64,000 nt of DNA from an uncultured Acidobacteriota bacterium. Its GTDB lineage: Bacteria; Acidobacteriota; Terriglobia; UBA7540. A model generated the notes under the pieces. That model was not told the origin of the DNA. It saw only the letters and a program-made list of their open reading frames with translations, and made no database searches. How positions within the stretch are numbered: the stretch's first letter is position 1; each line of letters begins with the position of its first letter. The translations under genes and the position numbers were made by a program. The stretch is taken from positions 1-64,000 of the forward strand of contig CAWDSK010000003.1 of NCBI GenBank assembly GCA_963804995.1, read 5' to 3'. Positions 51,294 through 61,818 of this stretch are shown piece after piece.

Positions 51294-51998
51294 TCAGACC
51301 CCAGCGACGCGCGCCTCCAGGGGATCCCCAGTGACCGAAAGATGGACCTTGCTTCCGCCGTTAGCGGGCTGGCGGGATTCAACCTGCCATTGTCCTTGCG
51401 AGTTCCTCAGAATGTAGTGTTGACGAATGGCGAGTTCCTTCACTTGGGAGCTACGAAACTTCACGTAGGCTTCTGCTGTGCCCTCATGGAATTTTACTTC
51501 CTCAACTTCCAAATCCATGTTGCTAAAAGGACCTTGTGGTAGGTTGCGAACATGATGCGCAATGGCCGCGGGAATCTCCAAGGTTGCAGCAAGGTTGTGT
51601 GCCGATAAGGTAATGTCCTGAAAGGAGGGCTGGTTCGGCTTAACCGCCTCAAAGGTTGCCAAGGGCCGCGCGATTTCTGGTGGGGAAGGTTTCGTGGCCA
51701 TTTGAGTTTTGGGCGCAGGAGTCTTTGGTGGAATCCGGCCTTCGCCCCGCGGAGTCTTCAGGAAGGTATCTAACTCCCGCTCGATTTGAGCGATGCCTTT
51801 CTCATGATGTTCCCGAGCTTTGCGCAGGCGCCAGTCTACGATGGGCTGTGCTAAGTAGCCGCCCACCACGAGGAACGGTTTCCACGGCAGAAGGATGAAG
51901 AACACTACTGCTGCGCATCCCCAAAAGCCATAGAGCGCCAATGCACAGACCAATACCGCCTGCAAGGCAACTCGAATTTCCGACTCATTCGTAATCAT
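51294..51998 (-). CDS. Hypothetical membrane protein
   Basis: Hydrophobic N-terminus, Pro-rich linker, globular C-terminus; GAGG RBS before ATG. Confidence 0.55.
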   Translation of the reverse strand: MITNESEIRVALQAVLVCALALYGFWGCAAVVFFILLPWKPFLVVGGYLAQPIVDWRLRKAREHHEKGIAQIERELDTFLKTPRGEGRIPPKTPAPKTQMATKPSPPEIARPLATFEAVKPNQPSFQDITLSAHNLAATLEIPAAIAHHVRNLPQGPFSNMDLEVEEVKFHEGTAEAYVKFRSSQVKELAIRQHYILRNSQGQWQVESRQPANGGSKVHLSVTGDPLEARVAGV

Positions 51999-52239
51999 TT
52001 TCCTCTCACCTCTCGCGCGCGACTCCATGTAACTGGAGCGCGTTTCTGGATTCTCGGCTGCCGCGTTTGCCGTTTTCAATCCCTACATCATCCTCTGCCC
52101 GCCGCGTCAAACCATAATCTTGGTGGCGGCACATTCTTCGATTTCCGACCGCCCAGGGCATGTTTGTTCCCTCTCTGGGCAAATCTTGCCGAGCTCTGAC
52201 CTCTATCTATTGGCTCTGCAAGCATGCACCAGCCATTGG

Positions 52240-52256
52240 AGCAAGACGCATGCCAA
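52240..52256 (-). promoter_or_regulatory. Candidate sigma-54 (-24/-12) promoter
   Basis: Minus strand TTGGCATGCGTCTTGCT has GG-N10-GC spacing, in a ~480-bp intergenic region, facing the 51294-51998 gene. Confidence 0.5.
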
Positions 52257-52480
52257 TCCCTTGCCTGGATTTTTCACCACGCTTGGACACTTTTTCGAGA
52301 CAGCGGGAAGCGCACCACACCCGAGCCGGAAACGAAAGGTCAAAACGCAGGAAGGTAAAAATATGGTGGGACAACGCCCGCTACGGCCCTCGGAGAGCAA
52401 CATCTGGGACAGCCCCACGTGGACAAAACGTCGCAGGCCTGGGCAAGCAGAGTAGGAGATCCGGGCGGGGTGGGCCCGTC

Positions 52481-53395
52481 CTAAATGTCCAATCCCGCAC
52501 GGGCCTCGCGGAGGGCAGCAGCAATTTCTTTTTTGGCTTGGCGGGAAACTGGCAGCAAGGGAAGCCGCGGGGTTCCTCCGTGGGAACCAGTTAAATCGAC
52601 AGCGGCTTTGATGCCGGCCACGCTGTAAGGAATGGCGATTTTCTGTGCCAGGGGCAGGAATCTTTCCTGCAGTTCGCGCGCTTCCTTGGCTCGCTTGTGC
52701 AGGATTGCTTCGTAGAGCGCCACGCAGAGGGTGGGAACAAAATTAGCCTGGCTCAGTACGCCTCCCGTCCCGCCCGCCAGCAAGCCGTCATACAATATTG
52801 AGACGGAGCCGATCAGCACACGGAAACCAGGTCGGACCTTGTGCAGAACAGCGCGCACAAAATCCAGTTTCCCGGAGCTTTCTTTCAGTCCGACAACGTT
52901 CGGCAATCGCGAGAGCTTGCCAATCGTCTCCGGGTCAACAAAGAGGCCGGTGAACTGCGGAATGGAGTAAACCAACACCGGGCGTGAGACCCCTGCCCCC
53001 ACGGCGCGATAATGGGCCACCAGCGCCGCGGCATCCATGCGCGGCTTATAGTAATTAGGAGTGACGACCAGCAACGCATCCGCGCCGCGCGCCACGACTT
53101 CGCGGCTGAGGCGCACGGTGGCGGCAGTGCTCTCCAAGCCTGTCCCCACCAGCAGGAGTTCCGGAGCCTTCACCACTTGCCGCGCCACTTCGACCAGGCG
53201 CAGCCGTTCGCTTTCGGTAAGGTACGGCGCCTCCCCGGTCGAACCCGCCACCAGGATTCCGGAAAGCCCGCACCCGGAAAGGCGGCTGAGGTTCTCACGA
53301 AAGAACCCTTCGTCGACGTCACCCCGCCGATTAAACGGTGTTACGACGGGCGCAAATACGCCCTTCAAGTTTTTGATGATTTGATCACGGGTCAT
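52481..53395 (-). CDS. DapA/NanA-family aldolase
   Basis: APVVTPF, AGSTGEA, VTPNYY, VGLKESSG. Confidence 0.9.
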   Translation of the reverse strand: MTRDQIIKNLKGVFAPVVTPFNRRGDVDEGFFRENLSRLSGCGLSGILVAGSTGEAPYLTESERLRLVEVARQVVKAPELLLVGTGLESTAATVRLSREVVARGADALLVVTPNYYKPRMDAAALVAHYRAVGAGVSRPVLVYSIPQFTGLFVDPETIGKLSRLPNVVGLKESSGKLDFVRAVLHKVRPGFRVLIGSVSILYDGLLAGGTGGVLSQANFVPTLCVALYEAILHKRAKEARELQERFLPLAQKIAIPYSVAGIKAAVDLTGSHGGTPRLPLLPVSRQAKKEIAAALREARAGLDI

Positions 53396-53408
53396 CGGCT
53401 TGTCCCTC

Positions 53409-56400
53409 TTAATGGTCCCTCCGCGCCGCGGTCGCCATCTTTTCTGCGGCGAAGGAGGCGTGCAGTTTCTGCAAGCTAGCCACCTGGATTGCACCTTCCT
53501 GGCAGGCGCGAATTCCGCGGATTGCCGCCTCGGCGGCGGAGAGCGTGGTGATGCAGGTGACGCCGTGTTGAATCGCAGCGCGCCGGATGGCTCTGTCATC
53601 GCTGCGCGAGTTGCGTCCCAGGGGCGTGTTGATAATCAGGTCGAGTTCGGCGCTCTTGATACGGTCCACCACATTGGGGCGGCCCTCGTTCACTTTGTGA
53701 ACTTTCTCAACCTTCACCCCTGCGGCGCGCAGGGCGGCCGTGGTGCCGCGCGTCGCAACCAGCTTGAATCCCAGGCTCTCCAGGTCGCGGGCAATGGGGA
53801 TAATCCCCGGTTTGTCGTGGTCGTTCACCGAGAGGAAAACGCGCCCCTTAAGCGGAATTCGCTGCCGCGCGCCTAACTGCGCCTTGAAGAAGGCGAGGCC
53901 AAAGTTATCCGCCACGCCCATCACTTCGCCCGTGGATTTCATTTCTGGGCCTAGAATCGTGTCCACGCCGGGAAGTTTCTGGAACGGGAAGACGGGGGAT
54001 TTGACGAAATAGTGGCTGACCGGCAGTTCGTCCGCGAGGCCGAATTCAGCCAACTTGCGCCCGATCATCAGGCGCGACGCAATCTTGGCCAACGGGACCC
54101 CGGTCGCCTTGCTGACGTAGGGCACCGTGCGTGAGGCGCGCGGGTTCACTTCCAGCACATAGACCTTGCCATTCTGAATGGCGTATTGCACGTTCATCAG
54201 GCCCACCACCTGGAGCGCCCGCGCCAGTCGAACCGTGTACTCGCGCAGCAACCGAAGCTGATCTTCAGGAATGCTTACCGAAGGCAGCACGCAGGAACTA
54301 TCGCCGGAGTGAATTCCCGCCTCCTCGATGTGCTGCATGATGCCAGCCACCACCACGTCCTTACCATCGGCGAGCGCATCCACGTCAACCTCGGTGGCGT
54401 TCTCAAGGAAACGGTCCACCAAAATCGGGAAGGCGCGGTGCAAGTCTTCGGCGCGGCGCACGTAATCGCTGAGCGTGGCCTCATCGTAAGCAATCACCAT
54501 GGCCCGGCCGCCCAGCACATAAGAGGGCCGCACCAGCACCGGATAGCCAATGCGCGCCGCAATCTCAAGCGCTTCTTGCACGTTCATCGCGGCGCCATTC
54601 TCCGGTTGCGGAATCCCCAGATCGGCGAGCAGCTTTCCGAAATGCTTGCGATCCTCCGCCAAGTCAATCGATTCCGGAGTAGTGCCGATGATGGGCACAC
54701 CGGCCGCCTTGAGCGACCGCGCCAGGTTGAGCGGCGTCTGCCCGCCGAATTGCACGATGACGCCTGTGGGCTTTTCCTTTTCCACAATCGCCATCACGTC
54801 CTCGAAAGTCAACGGCTCGAAGTAGAGGCGATCGGAGGTGTCGTAGTCGGTCGAGACGGTCTCCGGGTTGCAATTCACCATGATGGTCTCGAAGCCTTCT
54901 TCCTTGAGCGCATAGGAGGCGTGGACGCAACAGTAATCAAACTCAATGCCCTGCCCGATGCGGTTCGGGCCGCTGCCCAGGATCATGATTTTCTTGCGGT
55001 CCGTGGGCTCCGCCTCATCCTCTTCCTCATAGGTCGAATAAAGATAGGGCGTGAAGGATTCAAATTCCGCCGCGCAGGTATCGACACGCTTGAAGACCGG
55101 TCGCACATGGAGCGCATGGCGCTGCTGCCGCACCTCCTCAGCGCTCGTTCCCCAAAGTTCGGCGAGCGAGAGGTCCGAGAATCCGTATTGCTTGGCAAGA
55201 TGCAGCACGCTAGCGGGAACCGTGCCGAGCGTAAAGCGCTTCAGTTCACCTTTGAGCTCGATGATCTGCTGCAACTGGTTGAGAAACCAGGGGTCGATGC
55301 GCGTGATCTCATACAGCACATCGGCGCTGTAACCAATCTCAAAGGCGTGCAAGACGTCCCAAATGCGGTCCGGGTGCGGATTCCCCAGCCGGCGCTCGAG
55401 TTCTGCCGGATCCGCCGGTGAGGTAGGCGTCTTGCGTCCGCTTTCGAGCGACCTCAGACCTTTCATCAAGGCTTCCTTGAAAGTGCGCCCGATGGCCATG
55501 ACCTCGCCCACCGACTTCATTTGCGGCCCCAGCGTATGGTCGGAGTCCGGAAACTTCTCCTGCGCCCACTTGGGGATTTTGGCCACCACGTAATCGATGG
55601 TGGGCTCGAAACAGGAGGGCGTCTTCTTGGTGATGTCGTTGGGAATTTCGTTGAGGCTATAGCCCACCGCCAGGCGCGCGGCGATTTTGGCGATGGGGAA
55701 GCCCGTGGCCTTGGAGGCCAACGCCGAGCTGCGGGAGACGCGCGGATTCATTTCAATGACCACCATGCGGCCCGTCTCCGGGCTGACGGCGAACTGAATA
55801 TTCGAGCCGCCCGTCTCCACCCCCACGGCGCGAATCACCTTGAAGGCCGCATCGCGCATCAACTGGTATTCCTTGTCGGTCAGCGTTTGCGCGGGCGCCA
55901 CGGTGATGGAGTCGCCCGTGTGTACGCCCATGGGATCGAAGTTTTCAATCGAGCAGACCACCACGGCGTTGTCCATGTGATCGCGCATGACTTCCAACTC
56001 AAATTCTTTCCAGCCGACCACGGACTCTTCAATCAACACCTCGTGCACGGGGCTCAATTCAACCCCGTTGCGAACCTTCTCCTCCAGTTCTTCGATGTTG
56101 TAGGCCATGCCCGCGCCGGTGCCGCCCAGAGTGAACGAGGGCCGGATAATCAGCGGGAATCCCACCTGTTCTGAGAATCGCTGCGCGGCCTCCACCGCCT
56201 CGCGGATGGCCAAACGGTTGTTGCCGCGGCGCTGCGCCGTAACCAGGACGCTCTTGGGCACTTCCAGGCCCACTTGCAGCATGGCGTCTTTGAACCAGAG
56301 CCGGTCCTCAGCCATTTTGATGGCATTGAGGGATGCGCCGATCAGCTTGACGTTGTGCTTATCGAGGATTCCTTTTTCTGCGAGTTCGACGGATAGGTTT

Positions 56401-56687
56401 AGCGCCGTCTGTCCGCCCACGGTGGGCAGTAGGGCGTCAGGCTTCTCGAGCGCGATGATCGCTTCCAGGTAATCGACCGTGAGCGGCTCAACATAAGTGG
56501 AGTCGGCGAATTCCGGGTCCGTCATGATCGTGGCGGGGTTGGAATTCACCAGCACCACTTCGTAGCCCTCGGCCTTCAGCGCCTTGCAGGCCTGCGTGCC
56601 GGAATAATCAAACTCGCACGCTTGGCCAATGATGATAGGCCCGGAACCGATGATCAGGATTTTGTGAAGGTCAGTGCGTTTGGGCAT
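53409..56687 (-). CDS. carB: Carbamoyl-phosphate synthase large subunit
   Basis: [30 protein letters not shown]; duplicated ATP-grasp; MGS domain. Confidence 0.98.
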   Translation of the reverse strand: MPKRTDLHKILIIGSGPIIIGQACEFDYSGTQACKALKAEGYEVVLVNSNPATIMTDPEFADSTYVEPLTVDYLEAIIALEKPDALLPTVGGQTALNLSVELAEKGILDKHNVKLIGASLNAIKMAEDRLWFKDAMLQVGLEVPKSVLVTAQRRGNNRLAIREAVEAAQRFSEQVGFPLIIRPSFTLGGTGAGMAYNIEELEEKVRNGVELSPVHEVLIEESVVGWKEFELEVMRDHMDNAVVVCSIENFDPMGVHTGDSITVAPAQTLTDKEYQLMRDAAFKVIRAVGVETGGSNIQFAVSPETGRMVVIEMNPRVSRSSALASKATGFPIAKIAARLAVGYSLNEIPNDITKKTPSCFEPTIDYVVAKIPKWAQEKFPDSDHTLGPQMKSVGEVMAIGRTFKEALMKGLRSLESGRKTPTSPADPAELERRLGNPHPDRIWDVLHAFEIGYSADVLYEITRIDPWFLNQLQQIIELKGELKRFTLGTVPASVLHLAKQYGFSDLSLAELWGTSAEEVRQQRHALHVRPVFKRVDTCAAEFESFTPYLYSTYEEEDEAEPTDRKKIMILGSGPNRIGQGIEFDYCCVHASYALKEEGFETIMVNCNPETVSTDYDTSDRLYFEPLTFEDVMAIVEKEKPTGVIVQFGGQTPLNLARSLKAAGVPIIGTTPESIDLAEDRKHFGKLLADLGIPQPENGAAMNVQEALEIAARIGYPVLVRPSYVLGGRAMVIAYDEATLSDYVRRAEDLHRAFPILVDRFLENATEVDVDALADGKDVVVAGIMQHIEEAGIHSGDSSCVLPSVSIPEDQLRLLREYTVRLARALQVVGLMNVQYAIQNGKVYVLEVNPRASRTVPYVSKATGVPLAKIASRLMIGRKLAEFGLADELPVSHYFVKSPVFPFQKLPGVDTILGPEMKSTGEVMGVADNFGLAFFKAQLGARQRIPLKGRVFLSVNDHDKPGIIPIARDLESLGFKLVATRGTTAALRAAGVKVEKVHKVNEGRPNVVDRIKSAELDLIINTPLGRNSRSDDRAIRRAAIQHGVTCITTLSAAEAAIRGIRACQEGAIQVASLQKLHASFAAEKMATAARRDH

Positions 56688-56786
56688 GGAGACAATTCTG
56701 AATTATGAATTCTGAATTCTGAAAGAGAAAATGAGCCGCGGGCCGAATGGTTTTTGAATTCCTGGAATTCACAGACGCTCACGTGA

Positions 56787-56921
56787 CCCCTCACTCGTCC
56801 CGCCCCGGCTGATGAAGACGCCGGCAGCGGTCCACCCTCTCCCCTTGGAGAGGGCTAGGCATCCTATATCCCCACCTTCTCCCTGGGGAGAAGGTGGCCG
56901 ACGTAGGAGGCCGGATGAGGG
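56787..56921. repeat. CCCTCA...CTCTCCC/GGGAGA...TGAGGG palindromic intergenic repeat
   Basis: CCCTCTCC-CCTT-GGAGAGGG and CCACCTTCTCCC-TG-GGGAGAAGGTGG hairpins between carA and carB. Confidence 0.7.
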
Positions 56922-56966
56922 TTACTTACACTCGCGAGGCGTCGGATCAATTTACAACCCATGAGT

Positions 56967-57191
56967 TCAAGAAGCATAAGGCCCGTCCTTCCGCCCCTGA
57001 ACCTCTCCGGGTTCGTCATGTGATTCGCCGCAAACGCACTTCGGCGGCGCCTGTTCATGATCCGAGCCCAAGGACAGCAGCCAAGTCTTCATTACTTCAT
57101 GCGGAATATAGTGCCCCGCTTCGATTTCTGCGATCCCACGGCGGATCGATTCGAGTTGCTTAAGCTGTCCCGATGTATCCATATCCATCAT
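56967..57191 (-). CDS. Small antitoxin-like protein (C-terminal part of CopG/ParD-type)
   Basis: IRRGIAEIEAGHYIPHEVMKTWLLSLG resembles that family; no RHH N-terminus, no toxin gene. Confidence 0.55.
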   Translation of the reverse strand: MMDMDTSGQLKQLESIRRGIAEIEAGHYIPHEVMKTWLLSLGSDHEQAPPKCVCGESHDEPGEVQGRKDGPYAS

Positions 57192-57236
57192 TTGCGCAAA
57201 CGTGGCATTCGCTAAACAACCTTTACCCTTTAGCCT

Positions 57237-58361
57237 TTACCCTTTGAAATCCGCCATCATGGTAACAAACCGGTCGAACAGATACGCGGAGTCGTGGGGA
57301 CCGGGCGAAGCCTCGGGGTGATACTGCACACTGAACAGCGGCATCGTTCTGTGCCGCAGTCCTTCGAGCGTATCGTCGTTCAGGTTCTTATGGGTCAGAA
57401 TCACCTCACTCGCTTTTAGTGAATCCGGATCCACCGCGAAGCCATGGTTTTGTGCCGTGATCTCCACCTTTTGGGTTTCCAGATTCAGGATGGGATGATT
57501 GCCGCCGTGGTGGCCGAATCTCAGCTTGTACGTCTTCCCTCCCAAGGCGAGGCCGATAATCTGGTGGCCCAGGCAAATGCCGAAGATGGGCACGCGGCCC
57601 ATCATGTCGCGCACCGCCTGCGCGGCGTAATCGACGGGCTCCGGATCGCCCGGACCGTTGGAAAGGAACACCCCGTCCGGTTTGAGCTCCATAACCTCCG
57701 CCGCGGTGGTCGTGGCGGGCACCACGGTGACGTTACAACCCACATCCACCAGCCTACGCAGGATGTTTTGCTTGATACCGAAATCATAGGCGACCACGTG
57801 GAAGCGGTTTGGCGCCGGCTGATGGTTCTCATCCGCGATGATGGGGTGGGAAGGCTCACCCCACTGATAGCGCGAGATCGTGGTAACGCGCCTCGCGAGG
57901 TCGAGGCCCACCATGCTGGGCGAGGCTTGGGCTTGGGCGACCAAGCTCTTCTCGTCCCCGCTGGTTGTGGAAAGGACGCCGCGCATAGCGCCATGCGTGC
58001 GCAGGTGGCGAACCAGGGCACGCGTATCGATATTCGAGATGACTGGAATCCCGTACCCGGCAAGGTAGTCGGAAATTTCTTCTTCCGAGCGCCAATTACT
58101 GGCCAGTTCCGCGAGTTCGCGCACCACCAAACCTTCTGCGTAAGGCCGGGCTGCCTCGCAATCCAGGCTATTGGTTCCGTAGTTTCCGATGTGAGGGTAA
58201 GTGAGGATGACGATCTGGCCGGCGTAGGAAGGGTCCGTAAGAATTTCCTGGTAGCCGGAAAGAGAAGTATTAAAAACGACCTCGCCCGAACGCTCGCTGG
58301 AGGCGCCGAAGCCACGCCCCCGAAAGATTCTTCCGTCTTCTAAGGCGAGAATCGCGTCCAT
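57237..58361 (-). CDS. carA: Carbamoyl-phosphate synthase small subunit
   Basis: [33 protein letters not shown]. Confidence 0.98.
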   Translation of the reverse strand: MDAILALEDGRIFRGRGFGASSERSGEVVFNTSLSGYQEILTDPSYAGQIVILTYPHIGNYGTNSLDCEAARPYAEGLVVRELAELASNWRSEEEISDYLAGYGIPVISNIDTRALVRHLRTHGAMRGVLSTTSGDEKSLVAQAQASPSMVGLDLARRVTTISRYQWGEPSHPIIADENHQPAPNRFHVVAYDFGIKQNILRRLVDVGCNVTVVPATTTAAEVMELKPDGVFLSNGPGDPEPVDYAAQAVRDMMGRVPIFGICLGHQIIGLALGGKTYKLRFGHHGGNHPILNLETQKVEITAQNHGFAVDPDSLKASEVILTHKNLNDDTLEGLRHRTMPLFSVQYHPEASPGPHDSAYLFDRFVTMMADFKG

Positions 58362-58508
58362 TCACTCTCCAAGATCCTGAATTTGGCGTGGTCAAACATC
58401 AAGAAACCATCCGTCATGCGGTCCCGCCTGTGCCCAATCAGATCTTAGATTCTGGTTGGATAACCACGCCTGCCCGCTCTTTTTCAATCCAAAAGCGAAA
58501 ATCCAAAA

Positions 58509-59066
58509 TTACCTCACCCACCCCATTTGGCTAAAAGGCCAGTATACAAAAACTGCTTTGCCATAAATGAATTTACGCTCGACAGTGCCCCACACGCGGC
58601 TGTCGTTCGAGGAGTCACGGTGGTCACCCAGCACGAAGTAATGATCGGGCTCGACCCGCACCGGAGGGTAGCTCTGGCGGTCGAGATAACCCGGCGGGAT
58701 ATAGGGTTCGGCCAGACGCTTGCCATCCACCAGCACACGGCCGTCCTCAATCGTTACGGTCTCCCCCGGCAACCCGATCACGCGCTTGATGTAGGACTTC
58801 GAGGTGTCAAGCGGATACCAGAATACCACCACATCACCGCGCTCGATGGGTTCAAACCGGTAAACAAACTTGTTGATGAAGATCCGCTCGTGGTTCTCGA
58901 GCCGGGGCATCATGCTGGTGCCCTCGACCTGCACAGGCTGGTAAAGAAAAACGATAACGATGAAGGCCAATAGAACCGAAAGGATCAGGTCGCGCAGCCA
59001 ATAGCGCGTCTCGAAGAACCACTTATGTGCAGTACTTGCCCCTTTACTTTCGTCAGCCGCTGCCAA
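58509..59066 (-). CDS. lepB: Signal peptidase I
   Basis: VEGTSMMP, YIKRVIGLPG, VLGDHRDSSNDSR. Confidence 0.95.
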   Translation of the reverse strand: MAAADESKGASTAHKWFFETRYWLRDLILSVLLAFIVIVFLYQPVQVEGTSMMPRLENHERIFINKFVYRFEPIERGDVVVFWYPLDTSKSYIKRVIGLPGETVTIEDGRVLVDGKRLAEPYIPPGYLDRQSYPPVRVEPDHYFVLGDHRDSSNDSRVWGTVERKFIYGKAVFVYWPFSQMGWVR

Positions 59067-59165
59067 TTTGTTTTGCTCCCGGCCCCGCTGAAGCTCTCAG
59101 AATAATTTTATACCACAGATACCCACGGCGCACCAGACGGGAGGCAGGTGGTGTCGCAGTTCGAG

Positions 59166-59192
59166 GTGCCACGGGCGTCCCGCCCGTGGCAC
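59166..59192. repeat. Free-standing REP-like palindrome
   Basis: GTGCCACGGGCG-TCC-CGCCCGTGGCAC; same GTGCCACGG type as the cargo of the MITE at 63539. Confidence 0.75.
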
Positions 59193-59298
59193 ATCGGCCC
59201 CACCTTTTCCGCTGTCCTTTCCCAAGCAGGCGTGTATAGAATGGCCGCAGATCGTATTAAATAGGGAGATCCCATCCCCAGTTTGCCGGGAGACTATC

Positions 59299-59975
59299 AT
59301 GCGACTTGGCCGGGCCGCACCTGCCAACATCCTACTCTTGTATATTATCGGCTTGGGCTGGGCAGGGTTATCTGCGCCGCTGCTCAAGGCTCAGGACGCC
59401 ACTCGGATGGCGCCGGCTCCCACCGCGGTCGGCGCGCCGCTTCCCTACTGGGCAAATAACGGGCACTGGAACTTCGGCGCCCAGGTGGGATATTCGATGG
59501 AGTACGGTCTCAACCAACACGAGGTCTCCCACATCCAGATGCTCATTGCGCAGCCGCAGGTGGGCCTCATTGTGCGCGATTTCCGCAACCCCCTCGTACA
59601 GCGCTTTGAGATTATCACGGAGGGAATCCTGGGTGGGGCCGTCCATCCCAGTGCCAGCCTGCTGGGAGTCGCGGAGCTCTTTCGCTTCGATGGCAAGGGC
59701 CGCGGCCGCTGGGTTCCCTTCCTCGACGCGGGCGCGGGGGTGCAGCGAACTTCCTTGAGCGATCATGTGCCGGAGGTCAACGGGCACACCCAGTTCTCAC
59801 CGCAAGGCGGATTCGGGGTGCAATACTTTATCCGGCCGCAGCGCGCCTGGTCTTCGAGTTCCGCACCCTGCATATGTCGAACGCCAATCTTGTTCCTCCC
59901 AATATGGGATTCAATAGTGGCATGATTACCATAGGCTTCCGCTGGCTGCGCCGCCCGGTCGAAGCCGCCCGATAG
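59299..59975 (+). CDS. PagL-like acyloxyacyl hydrolase / outer-membrane beta-barrel (apparent frameshift near 59847)
   Basis: VPFLDAGAG, QFSPQGGFG; the shifted frame gives EFRTLHMSNANL...NMGFN (HxSNA motif). Confidence 0.8.
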
Positions 59976-59983
59976 CACGCTGA

Positions 59984-61111
59984 TTATCCAAAAATGTCTT
60001 TGACTTTTTCCGCGGCGCGACGTTCGAGGGGGGTATTGTTGACGCGCACGAAGGGGGAAAGTATTTCCAGCCAGCGCCGGTGCTCGCGGGAGAGGCGGGT
60101 AGGGGTGACGACAAAGACCGCCACATAGAGGTCACCGTGGCCGCGTCCCTCCAGGGTGGGCATGCCCAGTCCGCGCAGCCGAAAGACCGAGCCGCTCTGG
60201 GTTCCCTCGGGAATGCGCAGACGTTCCTCGCCGCGCAGGGTTGGCACCTGGATCTCTGCGCCCAGCGCGGCCTGCGAGACAGAAATCGGGATGGTGTAGT
60301 AGAGGTCGTTGCCGCGGCGCTCAAAGAAAGCGTGCTCGCGAACCTTGAGGATTACGTAAAGGTCGCCCGGGGCGCTGCCGCGGGTGGCCACGCCGCCTTC
60401 CCCGGCCACCCGCAAGCGCGTGCCATCGTCAACGCCGGCGGGGATTTTCAGGCCCAGAACGCGTTCGTTATTTACGCGGCCTTCGCCTTTGCAACTGCTG
60501 CAATGGTCGCGAATCACTTGCCCCATGCCCTGGCATTGCGGGCAGGTTCGGGTGACGGTGAAGAAGCCCTGCTGGTGACGGAGTTGGCCGCGGCCGCCAC
60601 AGGTGGGGCAATGGATGGCCTTGCTTCCCCGGCGGGCGCCTGACCCGTCGCAATCCGGGCAAGGCTCCCAGCGCGGAAGCTTGATTTTTGTCTCCAGGCC
60701 CGCCGCCGCTTCCTCCAGGCTGATTTCCATGTCGTAGCGCAGGTCGATGCCGCCCGTTCAGCGGGCGCGCTGGCGGCCCGTGCGGCCAAAGACGTTGCCG
60801 AAACCGAACAGGTCTCCAAAAATATCTTCGAAGTCGGAGAAGATTGAGGAACTAAAGTCCGGCGCCCCACCCCCGGCGCCACTGACGGCGGAATGGCCGA
60901 AACGGTCGTAAGCCGCGCGCTTCTGTACGTCAGCCAGCACGCTATAGGCCTCGGTGATTTCCTTAAACTTCTCCTCAGCCTCTTCTTTGCTGTTGGGATT
61001 GCGGTCAGGGTGATGCTGCATGGCGAGGCGGCGATAGGCGCTCTTGATCTGCTGATCAGAGGCTTCGCGTTCGATTCCCAAGACCTCGTAGTAGTCACGC
61101 TTATGGTTCAA
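59984..61111 (-). CDS. dnaJ: Chaperone DnaJ (in-frame TGA at 60758-60760, likely error)
   Basis: DYYEVLG...HPD J-domain, G/F region, four CxxCxGxG repeats. Confidence 0.95.
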
Positions 61112-61170
61112 TCGTCGACCTCGTACGTTGGCGCCCTGCTTCACCCGGCAGGCCTGCAACAGCGGTCCCG

Positions 61171-61741
61171 CTATTTATCGTGCCCGGAGTCACCCTTGGC
61201 CCCGGCCCCCACGGCTACTTTAACAATCGCAGGCCGCAGTAACCGGTGCCGCAGCTTATAGCCGCGCTGCAACTCACCCACAATCTCATGTTCACGACGC
61301 CCGGGGTCCTCGACGGTCTCCACCGCTTGGTGCAGGTGCGGATCGAAGAGCTTTCCCGAGGTCTCAATTGGCGCCAACCCCGCACGGCCCAGCACCTCAC
61401 GCATTTCACGGTAAATCAACTCCATTCCCTGGTAGTAGGCCTCCGGGATGCCAGGGTCGCGTTGCCGGAGAGCCCGCTCAAAACCATCCAGCGTGGGCAG
61501 CAGCGAGCGGATCAAATCCTCCGTTGCGCGCTGGCGGAATTCCTCCATCTCCTTCTGGGTCCGCTTGCGGTAATTGTTCGAGCTCCGCCTGCTTGCGCAG
61601 GAGACGATCGTAGAGATCCTTCTTCTCCGCCAGCAACTTTTCATATTCCTCGGCGGAAACCGGCGGCGTTGCGGAGGCGGCGGCCGCGGAGGGGTTATCG
61701 GCCTCAGGGGCGGTAGGGTTATTTTCGACTTCGTTATTCAT
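61171..61741 (-). CDS. grpE: Nucleotide exchange factor GrpE (apparent frameshift near 61578)
   Basis: LLRKQAE / [30 protein letters not shown]...LLRPAIVKV. Confidence 0.93.
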
Positions 61742-61818
61742 AGGTTAGATTTTTTGCGGGTAGGCACCGTGGCAGACTCTTCACACCAGGTCCGCCCACG
61801 CCCCGCGTTCACCCTCTT

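Noticed and set aside
56805..56830. CTGATGA as a hammerhead ribozyme core
   Set aside because: No correctly placed GAAA or third stem; it lies inside a palindromic repeat.
60758..60760. In-frame TGA in dnaJ as selenocysteine or stop-codon reassignment
   Set aside because: Falls in a variable linker, not a Cys position; TGA ends many genes here normally; the assembly has many indel errors.
4075..61741. Split recN, leuS, aldolase, grpE, cpoB and pagL-like genes as real pseudogenes or programmed frameshifts
   Set aside because: Both halves are otherwise intact, leuS is essential, and no slippery heptamers are present; sequencing error is simpler.
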